From positions 8,310,001 through 8,342,000 of the forward strand of contig NZ_CP042911.1 of assembly GCF_008065095.1 (NCBI RefSeq): a stretch of 32,000 nucleotides of DNA. The letters run 5' to 3'. Origin of the DNA: Gemmata obscuriglobus. Lineage in GTDB: Bacteria > Planctomycetota > Planctomycetia > Gemmatales > Gemmataceae. The notes under the pieces were generated by a model. The model saw only the letters and a program-made list of their open reading frames with translations, did no database searches and was not told the origin of the DNA. How positions within the stretch are numbered: the first letter of the stretch is position 1; each line of letters opens with the position of its first letter. This document shows, piece after piece, positions 1 to 10,876 of the stretch. The position numbers were made by a program, and so were the translations under genes.

Positions 1-1
1 C

Positions 2-1267
2 CACGTCCCGCTCATCGGGGAGACGGCCCGGGCGTCGCTGGAGGCGATGCGCGACGGGCTCAAGGCGTGGATCAAGGACGGGATGCTGTTCGAGGAGCTC
101 GGGTTCCGCTACTTCGGGCCGGTGGACGGGCACGACCTGCCGGCGCTGCGCAAGATCCTCAAGGACCTCAAGGGGCAGAAGGGGCCGATCCTGCTGCACG
201 TGCTCACCAACAAGGGGCACGGGGTGCCGCAGGCGGCCGAGGACCCGGTGACGTACCACACCCCGCCGGTGTTCGCGGAGGTCGGCCCGGACCGCGCGAT
301 CGTGTCGTTCAAAAAGGGCGGGGCGAGGGCGTACACCGACGCGGTCAGCGTCGCGCTGCACCGGGCGATGCAGGACGACCCCACGATCGCGGTGATGACC
401 GCCGCGATGTGCCAGGGGAACAAGCTGGAGAAGGTGCGCGAGGACTTCCCGGACCGGTTCCACGACGTGGGCATCTGCGAGAGCCACGCGGTCGCGTTCG
501 CGGCCGGCATGGCCAAGTCCGGCGCCAACCCGGTGGTGGACATCTACAGCACGTTCCTGCAGCGCAGCTTCGACCAGATCTTCCAGGAGGTGTGCCTGCA
601 GAACCTGCACGTCACGTTCCTGATGGACCGCGCCGGCCTGACCGGCCCGGACGGCCCGACGCACCACGGCGTGTTCGACGTGCCGTACATGCGGCTGTTC
701 CCGAACATGGTGAGCATGGCCCCCGGCGACGAGGCCGACGTGGCGCCGATGGTCAAGTTCGCGCTGCAGCACACCGGGCCGATCTCGGTCCGGTACCCGA
801 AGGCTAACCTGGAGACGATGGAGCGCGCCGAGCCGGTGGCGCCGATCGAACTGGGCAAGGCCGAGGTGATCGAGTGGGGCGAGGACGGGTGCTTCGTCGC
901 GTTCGGCACGCTGCTGTCGAACTGCGTGGCCGCCGCGAAGAAGCTGAAGGCGGAGGGCATCCACATGGGCGTGGTCAACGCCCGGTTCGTGAAGCCGCTC
1001 GACAAGGACACCATCCTCCGCGCGGTGGACGCCCTCCCCTTGGTCGTGACGGTGGAGGAAGGGACCGTTGAGGGCGGGTTCGGCTCCGCGGTGCTGGAGG
1101 CCGCCAACGCGGCGGGCCTCGACACGCGGAACGTCGTGCGCCGCGGCATCCCGGACCGGTTCATCGAGCACGGCGAGCGGAACGAACTGCTCGCGGACAT
1201 CGGGCTGAGCGCCGACGCGCTGGCGGACCTGGTCCGCACGAGCCGGGCGGCGGAAGTCGCCCGCTAA
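2..1267 (+). CDS. dxs: 1-deoxy-D-xylulose-5-phosphate synthase, C-terminal about 420 aa (5' end lies outside the window)
   Basis: The frame is open from nt 2 with no stop. The translation shows ELGFRYFGPVDGHDLPAL, LLHVLTNKGHG, ICESHAVAFAAGMA and FLMDRAGLTGPDGPTHHGVFD, typical of the DXS pyrimidine-binding and C-terminal transketolase-like domains. Stop codon at 1265-1267. Confidence 0.9.
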   Translation, partial: HVPLIGETARASLEAMRDGLKAWIKDGMLFEELGFRYFGPVDGHDLPALRKILKDLKGQKGPILLHVLTNKGHGVPQAAEDPVTYHTPPVFAEVGPDRAIVSFKKGGARAYTDAVSVALHRAMQDDPTIAVMTAAMCQGNKLEKVREDFPDRFHDVGICESHAVAFAAGMAKSGANPVVDIYSTFLQRSFDQIFQEVCLQNLHVTFLMDRAGLTGPDGPTHHGVFDVPYMRLFPNMVSMAPGDEADVAPMVKFALQHTGPISVRYPKANLETMERAEPVAPIELGKAEVIEWGEDGCFVAFGTLLSNCVAAAKKLKAEGIHMGVVNARFVKPLDKDTILRAVDALPLVVTVEEGTVEGGFGSAVLEAANAAGLDTRNVVRRGIPDRFIEHGERNELLADIGLSADALADLVRTSRAAEVAR

Positions 1268-1505
1268 AGGGTGATGAACCGGGCCGACGGAACCGCTCCC
1301 GCCGCCTCTGAAAAGGGCGCGGGAGCGCGTACACGACCGGCTCGGCTTTTTCGGTCCGTGCGGCCCCGGTCCCCATCTCCTCGATCGCCACTCGCCGCAC
1401 CGCCGCGCAGATCACTCACGAACGACTTCCGCGCCGCACCCCGCACTCTTGCGGGCGGCTGTCGGGGGCGAACGAGAAACGGCTGAACTCGTTTCACACC
1501 GGATG

Positions 1506-4277
<2,772 letters not shown>

Positions 4278-4362
4278 GGCGGTTCCGAGTGTGTGCCGGC
4301 AGACCTGCTATCCTACCCGCTTGCGCCGGGTGATCGGAAGAGGGTTTCTGGCGCACGCCGAG

Positions 4363-4794
4363 CTATCCGCCGGCCGATTCAGGAAACAGCCCCAGCTCCG
4401 CGAGTAGAATCCGAAGAGCGAGCATGTCGGTATCGTTGATACCCAGCGCGGAAATGGTGGCGCGGGCAGTGGCCGTGCGTCCGCGCAACGCGCCTGAGCC
4501 GTCATCGGCCCAAGCAAAATGCAACTCCCAATCATCAATACGGGGATTGAACAGAGCAGCGGTTTCGCCGGTTTCGGGATCCGAACCGGTGGCGGCCGTC
4601 CATTTGTGAGCGTTGCAGTGCGGGCAGGTCAGGGCGAGGTTGCTGAGGTCGGTGGTGCCGCCATCGCGCCGCGGAAGGATGTGGTCGATGGGAAAGGTGG
4701 CCACCTGCCCGCGGGTCGGGAGGTGGCAATATTCGCAACGATGACCGGCGCGTGTGGCGACTTCGGACCGGCGCACCTCGGAGAAGGCGCTCAC
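4363..4794 (-). CDS. Small stand-alone HNH endonuclease (143 aa)
   Basis: HNH core CEYCHLP...FPIDHILPRRDGGTTDLSNLALTCPHCNAHKW. I chose the GTG at 4794 as start because it overlaps the TGA of the upstream ORF (GTGA at 4791-4794). The longer 267-aa ORF N-terminus is an Arg/Pro/Ala-rich artefact. Confidence 0.75.
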   Translation of the reverse strand: MSAFSEVRRSEVATRAGHRCEYCHLPTRGQVATFPIDHILPRRDGGTTDLSNLALTCPHCNAHKWTAATGSDPETGETAALFNPRIDDWELHFAWADDGSGALRGRTATARATISALGINDTDMLALRILLAELGLFPESAGG

Positions 4795-5066
4795 GCCGGG
4801 TTCGCGAGTTCGGGGCAGATCGACACGAGCCGGCGCAGGGCCAGTTCTGCTTCGAGTTTTTCGGCGGACCGCTGCTGTGTGAACGCGACCCACGCGAGCA
4901 GTTCGGCGCGTTCGTCCGCGGTCAGCGCGTCCTTTCGCTCGCCGAGTTCCAGCCCGCGGCGGTCGAGTTCGTGCGGCAGCGTGTAGTTCGCAACCCGACG
5001 GAGCGCAGCGGCAGACGACAGAAGGGCCGTTCGCCATTCGGGTTCGATCGGCGCGTTGGCTGACAT
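4791..5066 (-). CDS. Hypothetical 91-aa protein, translationally coupled to the HNH gene
   Basis: ATG at 5066, balanced helical-looking composition (LTADERAELLAWVAFTQQRSAEKLEAELALRRL). Its stop overlaps the GTG of the downstream HNH gene. I recognise no family. Confidence 0.55.
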   Translation of the reverse strand: MSANAPIEPEWRTALLSSAAALRRVANYTLPHELDRRGLELGERKDALTADERAELLAWVAFTQQRSAEKLEAELALRRLVSICPELANPA

Positions 5067-5146
5067 TGCTTCCCTCCCGGCTCCCGTGCATTGTAATGCG
5101 ATCGCCCCCGCGCCTCAAACCGATCAACCCACAACAGGCGGAATTC

Positions 5147-5524
5147 ATGCTCCTCGGCCTTCGCACCCTGATCGTTCACGTTCGCCCCGAGCAGCTCGAC
5201 GCCGCGAAGCAGTGGTACACCGGGTTCGCGGGCGTCGCGCCCTACTTCGACCAGCCGTTTTACGTGGGCTTCAACGTGGGCGGGTTCGAGTTGGGGCTGC
5301 ACCCCGAAGGGGTAATTGGGCCGGGCGGGACGGTCGCCTACTGGGGTACCGCCGACATCACATCAGAGCTGGCACGCGTCACGGGACTCGGTGCGACGGT
5401 CGTGGACCCGATTCAGGACGTGGGCGAGGGTATCAAAATGGCGACTGTCGCGGACCCGTTCGGGAACCACATCGGGCTGATCCAGAACCCGCACTTCTCA
5501 ATCAGTCCCAAGTCCCAGGTCTGA
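5147..5524 (+). CDS. VOC (glyoxalase/bleomycin-resistance/dioxygenase) superfamily protein, 125 aa
   Basis: ATG at 5147 (MLLGLRTLIVHV...). The pattern is typical of VOC proteins: FYVGFNVGGFELGLHP...GTVAYWGTADI...GATVVDPIQDVGEGIKMATVADPFGNHIGLIQNP. The upstream part of the 5066 ORF is probably not translated. Confidence 0.8.
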   Translation: MLLGLRTLIVHVRPEQLDAAKQWYTGFAGVAPYFDQPFYVGFNVGGFELGLHPEGVIGPGGTVAYWGTADITSELARVTGLGATVVDPIQDVGEGIKMATVADPFGNHIGLIQNPHFSISPKSQV

Positions 5525-5609
5525 AGGTCGCAGGTCGTAAAGTCGAAAACCAACCCCCTGGAGGTTTTCGACTTTACGACCTGCGACCTTCAGACCTGGG
5601 ACTTGGGAC
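5505..5609. terminator. Perfect 47-bp inverted repeat with an 11-nt loop between convergent genes; putative bidirectional terminator or palindromic element
   Basis: I checked base by base that 5505-5551 pairs perfectly with 5563-5609, leaving loop 5552-5562 (aaccccctgga). The left arm contains the last codons and the TGA (5522-5524) of the VOC gene. The right arm ends 6 nt before the stop of the minus-strand gene (5615). Confidence 0.7.
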
Positions 5610-5614
5610 CGAGT

Positions 5615-6301
5615 TTACTCCTCGTAATCCACTCGCCCCTCGCGCTTGCGGCCGATCACGTCCACCTGCCAGTACCGGCCGGAGATGGCGTCGAGGCAGG
5701 TGAGCCAGCCGCCCGCGTAGGCGTGCGTGTCGATGCACACCGCGCCCGGGATCACCTTCGGCAGCCCCGACCGCTGCGACGAGTGCCCGCAAATCACCTG
5801 CTTGCCCGAACAGTGCCGCATCGCTTCGGGCAAGAACTCCCAGTACAGCATGTTGTCCGGCTGGTCGTCCAGCGCCGCGTCGGGGTACACGCCGGCGTGG
5901 ACGAAGATGAAGCGGTCCGTTTCGTGGTAGGGCACGAGTTCGTACTCGAGGAACTCCCAGTGCCCACCGGGGACGTCGTCGAAGGTGCCACTCACGCCCA
6001 GGGCCGGGCCGTAGGAGCCGAGCGCCTGCACCCCGCCCACGGAGAGCCACTGCTTGCGGTCGGAGCGGCTGCCGAACCGCGCCTCCAGCATCATCACCTC
6101 GTGGTTCCCGCGCAGGCAGACCACCGGCCGCTTTTGCTTCAGCTCGATGAGCCGGTTCAGCACCCCGCGCGTGTCGGGGCCGCGGTCCACGTAGTCGCCC
6201 AGGAAGATGAGTTCGTCGGTGGCGGCGGGGGCGACCCACGCGAGCAGGTCGTCGAGGTGGCCGAGGCAGCCGTGTACGTCACCGATCGCAAGGACGCGCA
6301 T
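5615..6301 (-). CDS. Metallophosphoesterase (PPP-family Ser/Thr phosphatase / ApaH-like), 228 aa
   Basis: ATG at 6301 (MRVLAIGDVHG). Canonical motifs are present: GDVHG, GDYVDRG, GNHE and a later GHS/VCIDT segment. The upstream 79 codons of the 307-aa ORF overlap the divergent HAD gene region and look non-coding. Confidence 0.85.
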   Translation of the reverse strand: MRVLAIGDVHGCLGHLDDLLAWVAPAATDELIFLGDYVDRGPDTRGVLNRLIELKQKRPVVCLRGNHEVMMLEARFGSRSDRKQWLSVGGVQALGSYGPALGVSGTFDDVPGGHWEFLEYELVPYHETDRFIFVHAGVYPDAALDDQPDNMLYWEFLPEAMRHCSGKQVICGHSSQRSGLPKVIPGAVCIDTHAYAGGWLTCLDAISGRYWQVDVIGRKREGRVDYEE

Positions 6302-6389
6302 AAGGTCTTTCCGGATCTGGGGCGCGCAGCGCGAACGGGAGATGCGTTCGTTCCGGGCTCCGCACCCCGCACTCAGTATAACGCCAATC

Positions 6390-7064
6390 ATGCCAATCAT
6401 CCTCTTCGACATCGACGGCACACTGGTCCGCACCGGCGGGGCCGGCAAGGCCGCCATGGAGCAGGCCCTCACGTCCGCGTTCGGCGTGGCCGAGCTGCGC
6501 GACGACGTGACGTACAGCGGGCGCACGGACGGCGCCATCGGCCGCGACCTGCTGGTCGTTCACGGGATCGAACCGACGCTCGCGAACCAACACAAGCTGC
6601 GCGACGCGTACCTCGCGAACCTGCCCGGGCACCTGCGGGAGCGCGGCGGGGAGGTGTGCCCGGGCATCCCCGCGCTGCTCGCGCACCTCGCGGCGCAACC
6701 GGGGGCGGTGCTGGGGCTGCTGACCGGCAACGTGCGCGTGGGGGCGCAGCACAAGCTCGCCCACTTCGGGCTGTGGGACTACTTCGTGTGCGGCGGGTTC
6801 GGCGACGACCGGTACGAGCGCGACGACGTGGCCCGGGCCGCGCTCGCGCACACGGTCGCGCACCTCGGGCGCGACGTCGCCCCGGCGGACGTGTGGGTGA
6901 TCGGCGACACCCCGCACGACGTGACGTGCGCCCGCGCGATCGGGGCCAAGGCGGTCGCGGTCGCGACCGGGTGGCACCCGCTCGACGAACTCGCCGGGTG
7001 CGCCCCGGACCTCCTGTTCAGCGACCTGTCGGATCACACGAAACTGCTCGCGGCGTGGGCCTGA
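6390..7064 (+). CDS. HAD-superfamily hydrolase (phosphoglycolate phosphatase-like), 224 aa
   Basis: ATG at 6390 ([13 protein letters not shown] gives DxDxT motif I). LLTGN gives motif II and VIGDTPHDV gives motif IV. Confidence 0.85.
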   Translation: MPIILFDIDGTLVRTGGAGKAAMEQALTSAFGVAELRDDVTYSGRTDGAIGRDLLVVHGIEPTLANQHKLRDAYLANLPGHLRERGGEVCPGIPALLAHLAAQPGAVLGLLTGNVRVGAQHKLAHFGLWDYFVCGGFGDDRYERDDVARAALAHTVAHLGRDVAPADVWVIGDTPHDVTCARAIGAKAVAVATGWHPLDELAGCAPDLLFSDLSDHTKLLAAWA

Positions 7065-7110
7065 GTCGGGTATCCTCGTTTCGACCCTCCGCCGAAGCGA
7101 GACCCCACCG

Positions 7111-8595
7111 ATGCCCCTCCGCCCCCCCGCCCGGGCCCCGCACTGGCTCACGGACCGCCGCGCGTTCCTGCGCGACGCCGGCACCGGCCTCGGCGGCATC
7201 GCGCTCGCCGCGCTGCTGGCCGAGCACGGGCTGCTCGCCGGCGACGCCGCGTCCCCCCTCCGGCCCGACATCAAGCCCAACGCCCCGCTGGGCGCCCGCG
7301 AGCCGCACTTCGCGCCGAAGGCGAAGCGGGTGCTGGTCGTGTTCTGCTCCGGCGCGGTCAGCCACGTCGACACCTTCGACTACAAGCCCGAGCTGGTGAA
7401 GCGCGACGGCCAGCCCCTGCCGGGCGGCGACAAGCTGGTCACGTTCCAGGGCGCGCAGGGGAACCTCGTCAAACCGATCTGGGCGTTCAGGCCGCGGGGC
7501 CAGAGCGGCAAGATGGTCTCGGATCTGCTGCCGAACCTCGCCGGGCTCGCGGACGAGATGTGCTTCGTTCACTCGATGACCGCGAAGAGCAACACGCACG
7601 GCCCGGCCGAGAACCAGATGAGCACCGGGTTCACGCTCGACGGGTTCCCCAGCACCGGCGCGTGGGTGAGCTACGCGCTGGGGAGCGAGAACAAGGACCT
7701 GCCCGCGTTCGTCGCGATCCCGGACCCGCGCGGCGTGCCGCAGGTGGGGCCGAACAACTGGGGCAGCGCGTTCCTGCCCGGGGTGTTCCAGGGCACGCCG
7801 TTCAGCGCCGACAAGCCGATCCCGCACCTCGCCCGGCCCGCGGGCGTGACCGCGAAGGCGGACGCCGACACCCGCGACTTCCTGAAGCTGCTCAACGCCG
7901 AGCACGCGCAGGCCCGCGGCGGCGACTCGCAACTGAGCGCGCGGATCGCGAGCTACGAGATGGCCGCCCGGATGCAGCTCCGCGCCGCGGAGGTCGCCGA
8001 CCTGTCGAAAGAGCCCGCGCGGGTTCACACGGAATACGGCACGGACGACAAGGACCGCTGGAAGGCCGGGTTCGCGCGCAACTGCCTGCTCGCCCGGCGG
8101 CTCCTGGAGCGCGACGTGCGGTTCGTCCAGCTCTTCAACGGCGCGTACGCGATGGGCGAGGGCGTCGGCAACTGGGACGGGCACAAGACCATCAAGCCGC
8201 AGTACGAGACCCACGCGGCGGTTCTCGACAGGCCGCTCGCGGCCCTGCTGACCGACCTCAAGCGCACGGGGCTGCTCAAAGACACGTTAGTGGTGTGGGT
8301 GACGGAGTTCGGGCGGATGCCGACGTTCCAGAAGGGGGCGAGCGGCCGCGACCACAACCCGAAAGGGTTCACGGTGTGGCTCGCGGGGGCCGGGGTGAAG
8401 CGCGCGTTCAGCCACGGCGCGACGGACGACTTCGGCTACGAGGCCGCGGACAAGAGGGCCACGATCTACGACCTCCACGCCACGGTGCTGCACCTCCTGG
8501 GGCTGAACCACGAGCGGCTCTCGTTCTACCACAACGGCATCGAGCGCCGGCTGACCGACGTTCACGGTGAGGTGCTGCGCGAAGTGCTCGCGTGA
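7111..8595 (+). CDS. DUF1501 domain protein (sulfatase-like fold) with a twin-arginine signal
   Basis: ATG at 7111. Tat-like [26 protein letters not shown]1501 hallmarks [27 protein letters not shown] and [10 protein letters not shown]. Confidence 0.9.
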   Translation: MPLRPPARAPHWLTDRRAFLRDAGTGLGGIALAALLAEHGLLAGDAASPLRPDIKPNAPLGAREPHFAPKAKRVLVVFCSGAVSHVDTFDYKPELVKRDGQPLPGGDKLVTFQGAQGNLVKPIWAFRPRGQSGKMVSDLLPNLAGLADEMCFVHSMTAKSNTHGPAENQMSTGFTLDGFPSTGAWVSYALGSENKDLPAFVAIPDPRGVPQVGPNNWGSAFLPGVFQGTPFSADKPIPHLARPAGVTAKADADTRDFLKLLNAEHAQARGGDSQLSARIASYEMAARMQLRAAEVADLSKEPARVHTEYGTDDKDRWKAGFARNCLLARRLLERDVRFVQLFNGAYAMGEGVGNWDGHKTIKPQYETHAAVLDRPLAALLTDLKRTGLLKDTLVVWVTEFGRMPTFQKGASGRDHNPKGFTVWLAGAGVKRAFSHGATDDFGYEAADKRATIYDLHATVLHLLGLNHERLSFYHNGIERRLTDVHGEVLREVLA

Positions 8596-8643
8596 CGCGT
8601 TCCGGCCCCACCGGCTTCACGCGTTTTTCGCGCTCTGCGCACC

Positions 8644-8671
8644 TTGCGGGCGCGCGTTCGCGCGTCATAAT
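8644..8671 (+). promoter_or_regulatory. Candidate sigma70-like promoter (TTGCGG-N16-CATAAT) upstream of the SWIM paralog array
   Basis: TTGCGG at 8644-8649 and CATAAT at 8666-8671 with a 16-nt spacer, in a locally less GC-rich patch after the DUF1501 stop. Planctomycete promoter rules are poorly defined, so this is weak. Confidence 0.2.
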
Positions 8672-8705
8672 TCTGCACAACTCGGCCCAAGAGAGTCACG
8701 GCAGA

Positions 8706-8768
8706 GTGGCGGCGAAGAAGGCCGCACCGAAAGCAGCGACCGTGCCCGAAGACTTCTACGCGATGTGA
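8706..8768 (+). other. 20-codon uORF or gene remnant encoding (V/M)AAKKAAPKAATVPEDFYAM-stop
   Basis: GTG at 8706 and TGA at 8766-8768, 5 nt before the ATG of the next gene. The last 30 nt (accgtgcccgaagacttctacgcgatgtga) match the 3' ends of the three downstream paralogs almost exactly. The N-terminal half resembles their Lys/Ala-rich N-termini. This frame is open from 8571, so an earlier GTG (8592) is also possible. Confidence 0.3.
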
Positions 8769-8773
8769 GCCCG

Positions 8774-9919
8774 ATGGCCAAGAAGAAGCCCGCCGCGAGC
8801 GCGAAACCCGCGGCCAAGAAGCCCGCGGCCAAGAAGCCCGCGGCCAAGAAGGCCGGCGCCGGGAAGAAGCCCCCGACCGACTGGGTCGCGGTGCTGAAGA
8901 GCGGCGCCGCCGGTGTGGCGAAGTGGAACCGGCTCACCGGCCCGGCGCGGGCCGCAATCCCACTGACCGGGGCCGACCTGAGCGGCGCGGACCTGTCCGG
9001 CATCGACCTGCGCGGGGTGTCGGCCGACGGCGCCGTACTCGCTGGGTGCAAGCTCGCGGGCGCCCGCCTCGACGGAACCCGGCTCGGCGGCACCTGGAAA
9101 AAGGCGTCGTTCGCCGGGGCCGACCTCACCGGCGCGGGGCTCACCGGCGGCGTGTTCGACGCGACCGACTTCACCGGTGCGGCGCTCGCGGGCGCGAAGC
9201 TGTCGGGCAGTAGCTTCCGCAAGGGGACGTTCGCGGGCGCGAACCTCACCGGGGCCGACGCCACCAACGTCGGCTTCACCGGGACCGACTTCACCGGCGC
9301 GACGCTGACCGACGTGGCCCTGATGCACTCCTACTTCGACAAGGACACGGCGTGGCCCGAGGGCTTCGTGCCGCCGGGTGAGATGCACTGGCACGGCACG
9401 GGCACCGACCCGCGGCTGACGGGCCGGGGCAAGAACGCGGCTGCTCACGACATCAACGGGCTGATGGCCCGGCTCCACACGGTCATCGACGAGAAGCGGA
9501 TGGCCCGCACGCTCGACATGCTCAAGAAGCAGCGGAACCAGATCTTCTCCGAGGTCGAGCCGGCGATGGTGCGCGGCATCGTGAAGAGCCAGCGCGACAT
9601 CGACACGGTCTACTCGTGCGTGCTCACGGAGGACGGCACCTACTCGTGCGGCACCGCGGACATGGCCCAGTGTCGCGGGCTCGCGGACGAGCCGTGCAAG
9701 CACCTGCTGGTGCTGGTGATCGGCCTGGCCCGGGCCGGACAGCTCGACCCCGCGACCGCGGACAAGTGGGTCGTGGCCGCGAACAGCAAGGGGCCGCGGT
9801 GGAACAAGACGGTGCAGAACCACATCGCCGACTCGTTCCTGAAGTACAAGGGCGCGCAGGCCGGCGAGATCGACTGGCGCCCGACCGAGACCGTGCCGGA
9901 AGACTTCTACGCGATGTGA
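8774..9919 (+). CDS. Lys/Ala-rich tail + pentapeptide-repeat + SWIM-like module protein (paralog 1, 381 aa)
   Basis: ATG at 8774 (MAKKKPAASAKPAAKKPAAKKPAAKK). About 30 pentapeptide units (ADLSGADLSGIDLRGVSADGAVLAGCKLAGARLDG...) end in FDKDTAWPEGF. The C-terminal module is VKSQRDIDTVYSCVLTEDGTYSCGTADMAQCRGLADEPCKHLLVLVIGL, and the protein ends DWRPTETVPEDFYAM. Confidence 0.85.
   Translation: MAKKKPAASAKPAAKKPAAKKPAAKKAGAGKKPPTDWVAVLKSGAAGVAKWNRLTGPARAAIPLTGADLSGADLSGIDLRGVSADGAVLAGCKLAGARLDGTRLGGTWKKASFAGADLTGAGLTGGVFDATDFTGAALAGAKLSGSSFRKGTFAGANLTGADATNVGFTGTDFTGATLTDVALMHSYFDKDTAWPEGFVPPGEMHWHGTGTDPRLTGRGKNAAAHDINGLMARLHTVIDEKRMARTLDMLKKQRNQIFSEVEPAMVRGIVKSQRDIDTVYSCVLTEDGTYSCGTADMAQCRGLADEPCKHLLVLVIGLARAGQLDPATADKWVVAANSKGPRWNKTVQNHIADSFLKYKGAQAGEIDWRPTETVPEDFYAM
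8807..8851 (+). repeat. Perfect 3 x 15-nt tandem repeat (cccgcggccaagaag) encoding (PAAKK)3
   Basis: The units 8807-8821, 8822-8836 and 8837-8851 are identical by direct reading. They lie inside the N-terminal tail of paralog 1. Confidence 0.9.
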
Positions 9920-9996
9920 CCGCGCCGGAGCGCGAGTCTCTGGCTACCAGACCGTCGCCCTTCCAGGGCTCTCATACACGTATCCGGTGATACTGC

Positions 9997-10079
9997 CGCT
10001 TGTGTTGACGAGCCGCGACCGCCAGGGAGCGGGATACGTGGCACCGCTCCCTGGCGGTCGCGGCTCGTCAACACAAGCG
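9997..10079. repeat. Perfect 36-bp inverted repeat with an 11-nt loop in the paralog 1-2 spacer
   Basis: I checked base by base that 9997-10032 pairs perfectly with 10044-10079, leaving loop 10033-10043 (gatacgtggca). It lies 78 nt after the stop of paralog 1. Confidence 0.9.
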
Positions 10080-10196
10080 ACACCGCAGATGGGTTCATGT
10101 ATCAGACGCGTGTTGGTTTTAGCCCCAAAGGGGCGGCCGCTGAGTAGCCAGGGGCGAGAGCCCCTGGGTTCCGATCGCACCGAGTGAGGTACGCCC

Positions 10197-10718
10197 ATGG
10201 CGAAATCCAAGGCCACACCGAAGATCCCCGAAACGCGCACGCCGTGGGACGACTTCCTCGACGCGGCGCAGGGCGTCACCGACTCCGGGGCGCTGTCGAA
10301 GGCGCTCACGATGCTCCGCGGCGAGCGGTTCCAGCTCTACGCGGACGTGCAGACCGAGTTCGTATGCGGGATCGTGCGGAGCCAGTCGTCGGCGTCGCGC
10401 GTGTACGTGTGCCGGCTCGCGCAGGACGGGCGGTACTCGTGCTGCACCCAGAACCTGATCCAGTGCGTGGTGTCGCGCGGGGCGCCGTGCAAGCACCTGC
10501 TGGTGCTCGTGGCCGGGCTGGTGAAGGCCGGACAACTCGCCCCCGCGACCGCGCTCGACTGGCTGCACAAGGCCCGCCGCATGGGGAAGACGGCGGACGG
10601 CCACAAGCCCGACAAGGACGTGGTGACCGCGACGTTCCTGAAGTACAAGGGCGCGGAGGCCGGTGAGGTGGACTGGCGGCCCACGGAAACCGTGCCCGAA
10701 GACTTTTACGCGATGTGA
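10197..10718 (+). CDS. Stand-alone SWIM-like module protein (paralog 2, 173 aa)
   Basis: ATG at 10197 (MAKSKATPK). Contains LTMLRGERFQLYADV...GIVRSQSSASRVYVCRLAQDGRYSCCTQNLIQCVVSRGAPCKHLLVLVAGL and ends FLKYKGAEAGEVDWRPTETVPEDFYAM. It aligns with the C-terminal modules of paralogs 1 and 3. Confidence 0.85.
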   Translation: MAKSKATPKIPETRTPWDDFLDAAQGVTDSGALSKALTMLRGERFQLYADVQTEFVCGIVRSQSSASRVYVCRLAQDGRYSCCTQNLIQCVVSRGAPCKHLLVLVAGLVKAGQLAPATALDWLHKARRMGKTADGHKPDKDVVTATFLKYKGAEAGEVDWRPTETVPEDFYAM

Positions 10719-10876
10719 TGTGACCGCGCCGGAGCGCGGGCCTCTGGCCCGCCTGGCTTCGCGTGTCGAGCGACGTTTCGGCGGACCGAGTTGCGATGCC
10801 ACGCGCGGAGCGGCGGGCGGGACGCCCGCGGTCCCAGGGAACCGAACAAACAGTCGGAGCCTTGAAAGGTTTGCCC

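Noticed and set aside
1268-1505. Possible terminators between the convergent dxs and PSD1 genes (8-bp stem gctcccgc/gcgggagc around 1295-1326, and 6-bp stem gaaacg/cgtttc around 1478-1497).
   Set aside because: The stems are short with no convincing U-tracts. In sequence this GC-rich, such stems arise by chance, so I did not report them as features.
9875-9919. The C-terminal FYAM tail read as an HbYX proteasome/AAA-docking motif.
   Set aside because: HbYX requires Tyr at the penultimate position. Here Tyr is third from the end (F-Y-A-M), so the motif does not fit. Docking to other partners remains a hypothesis only.
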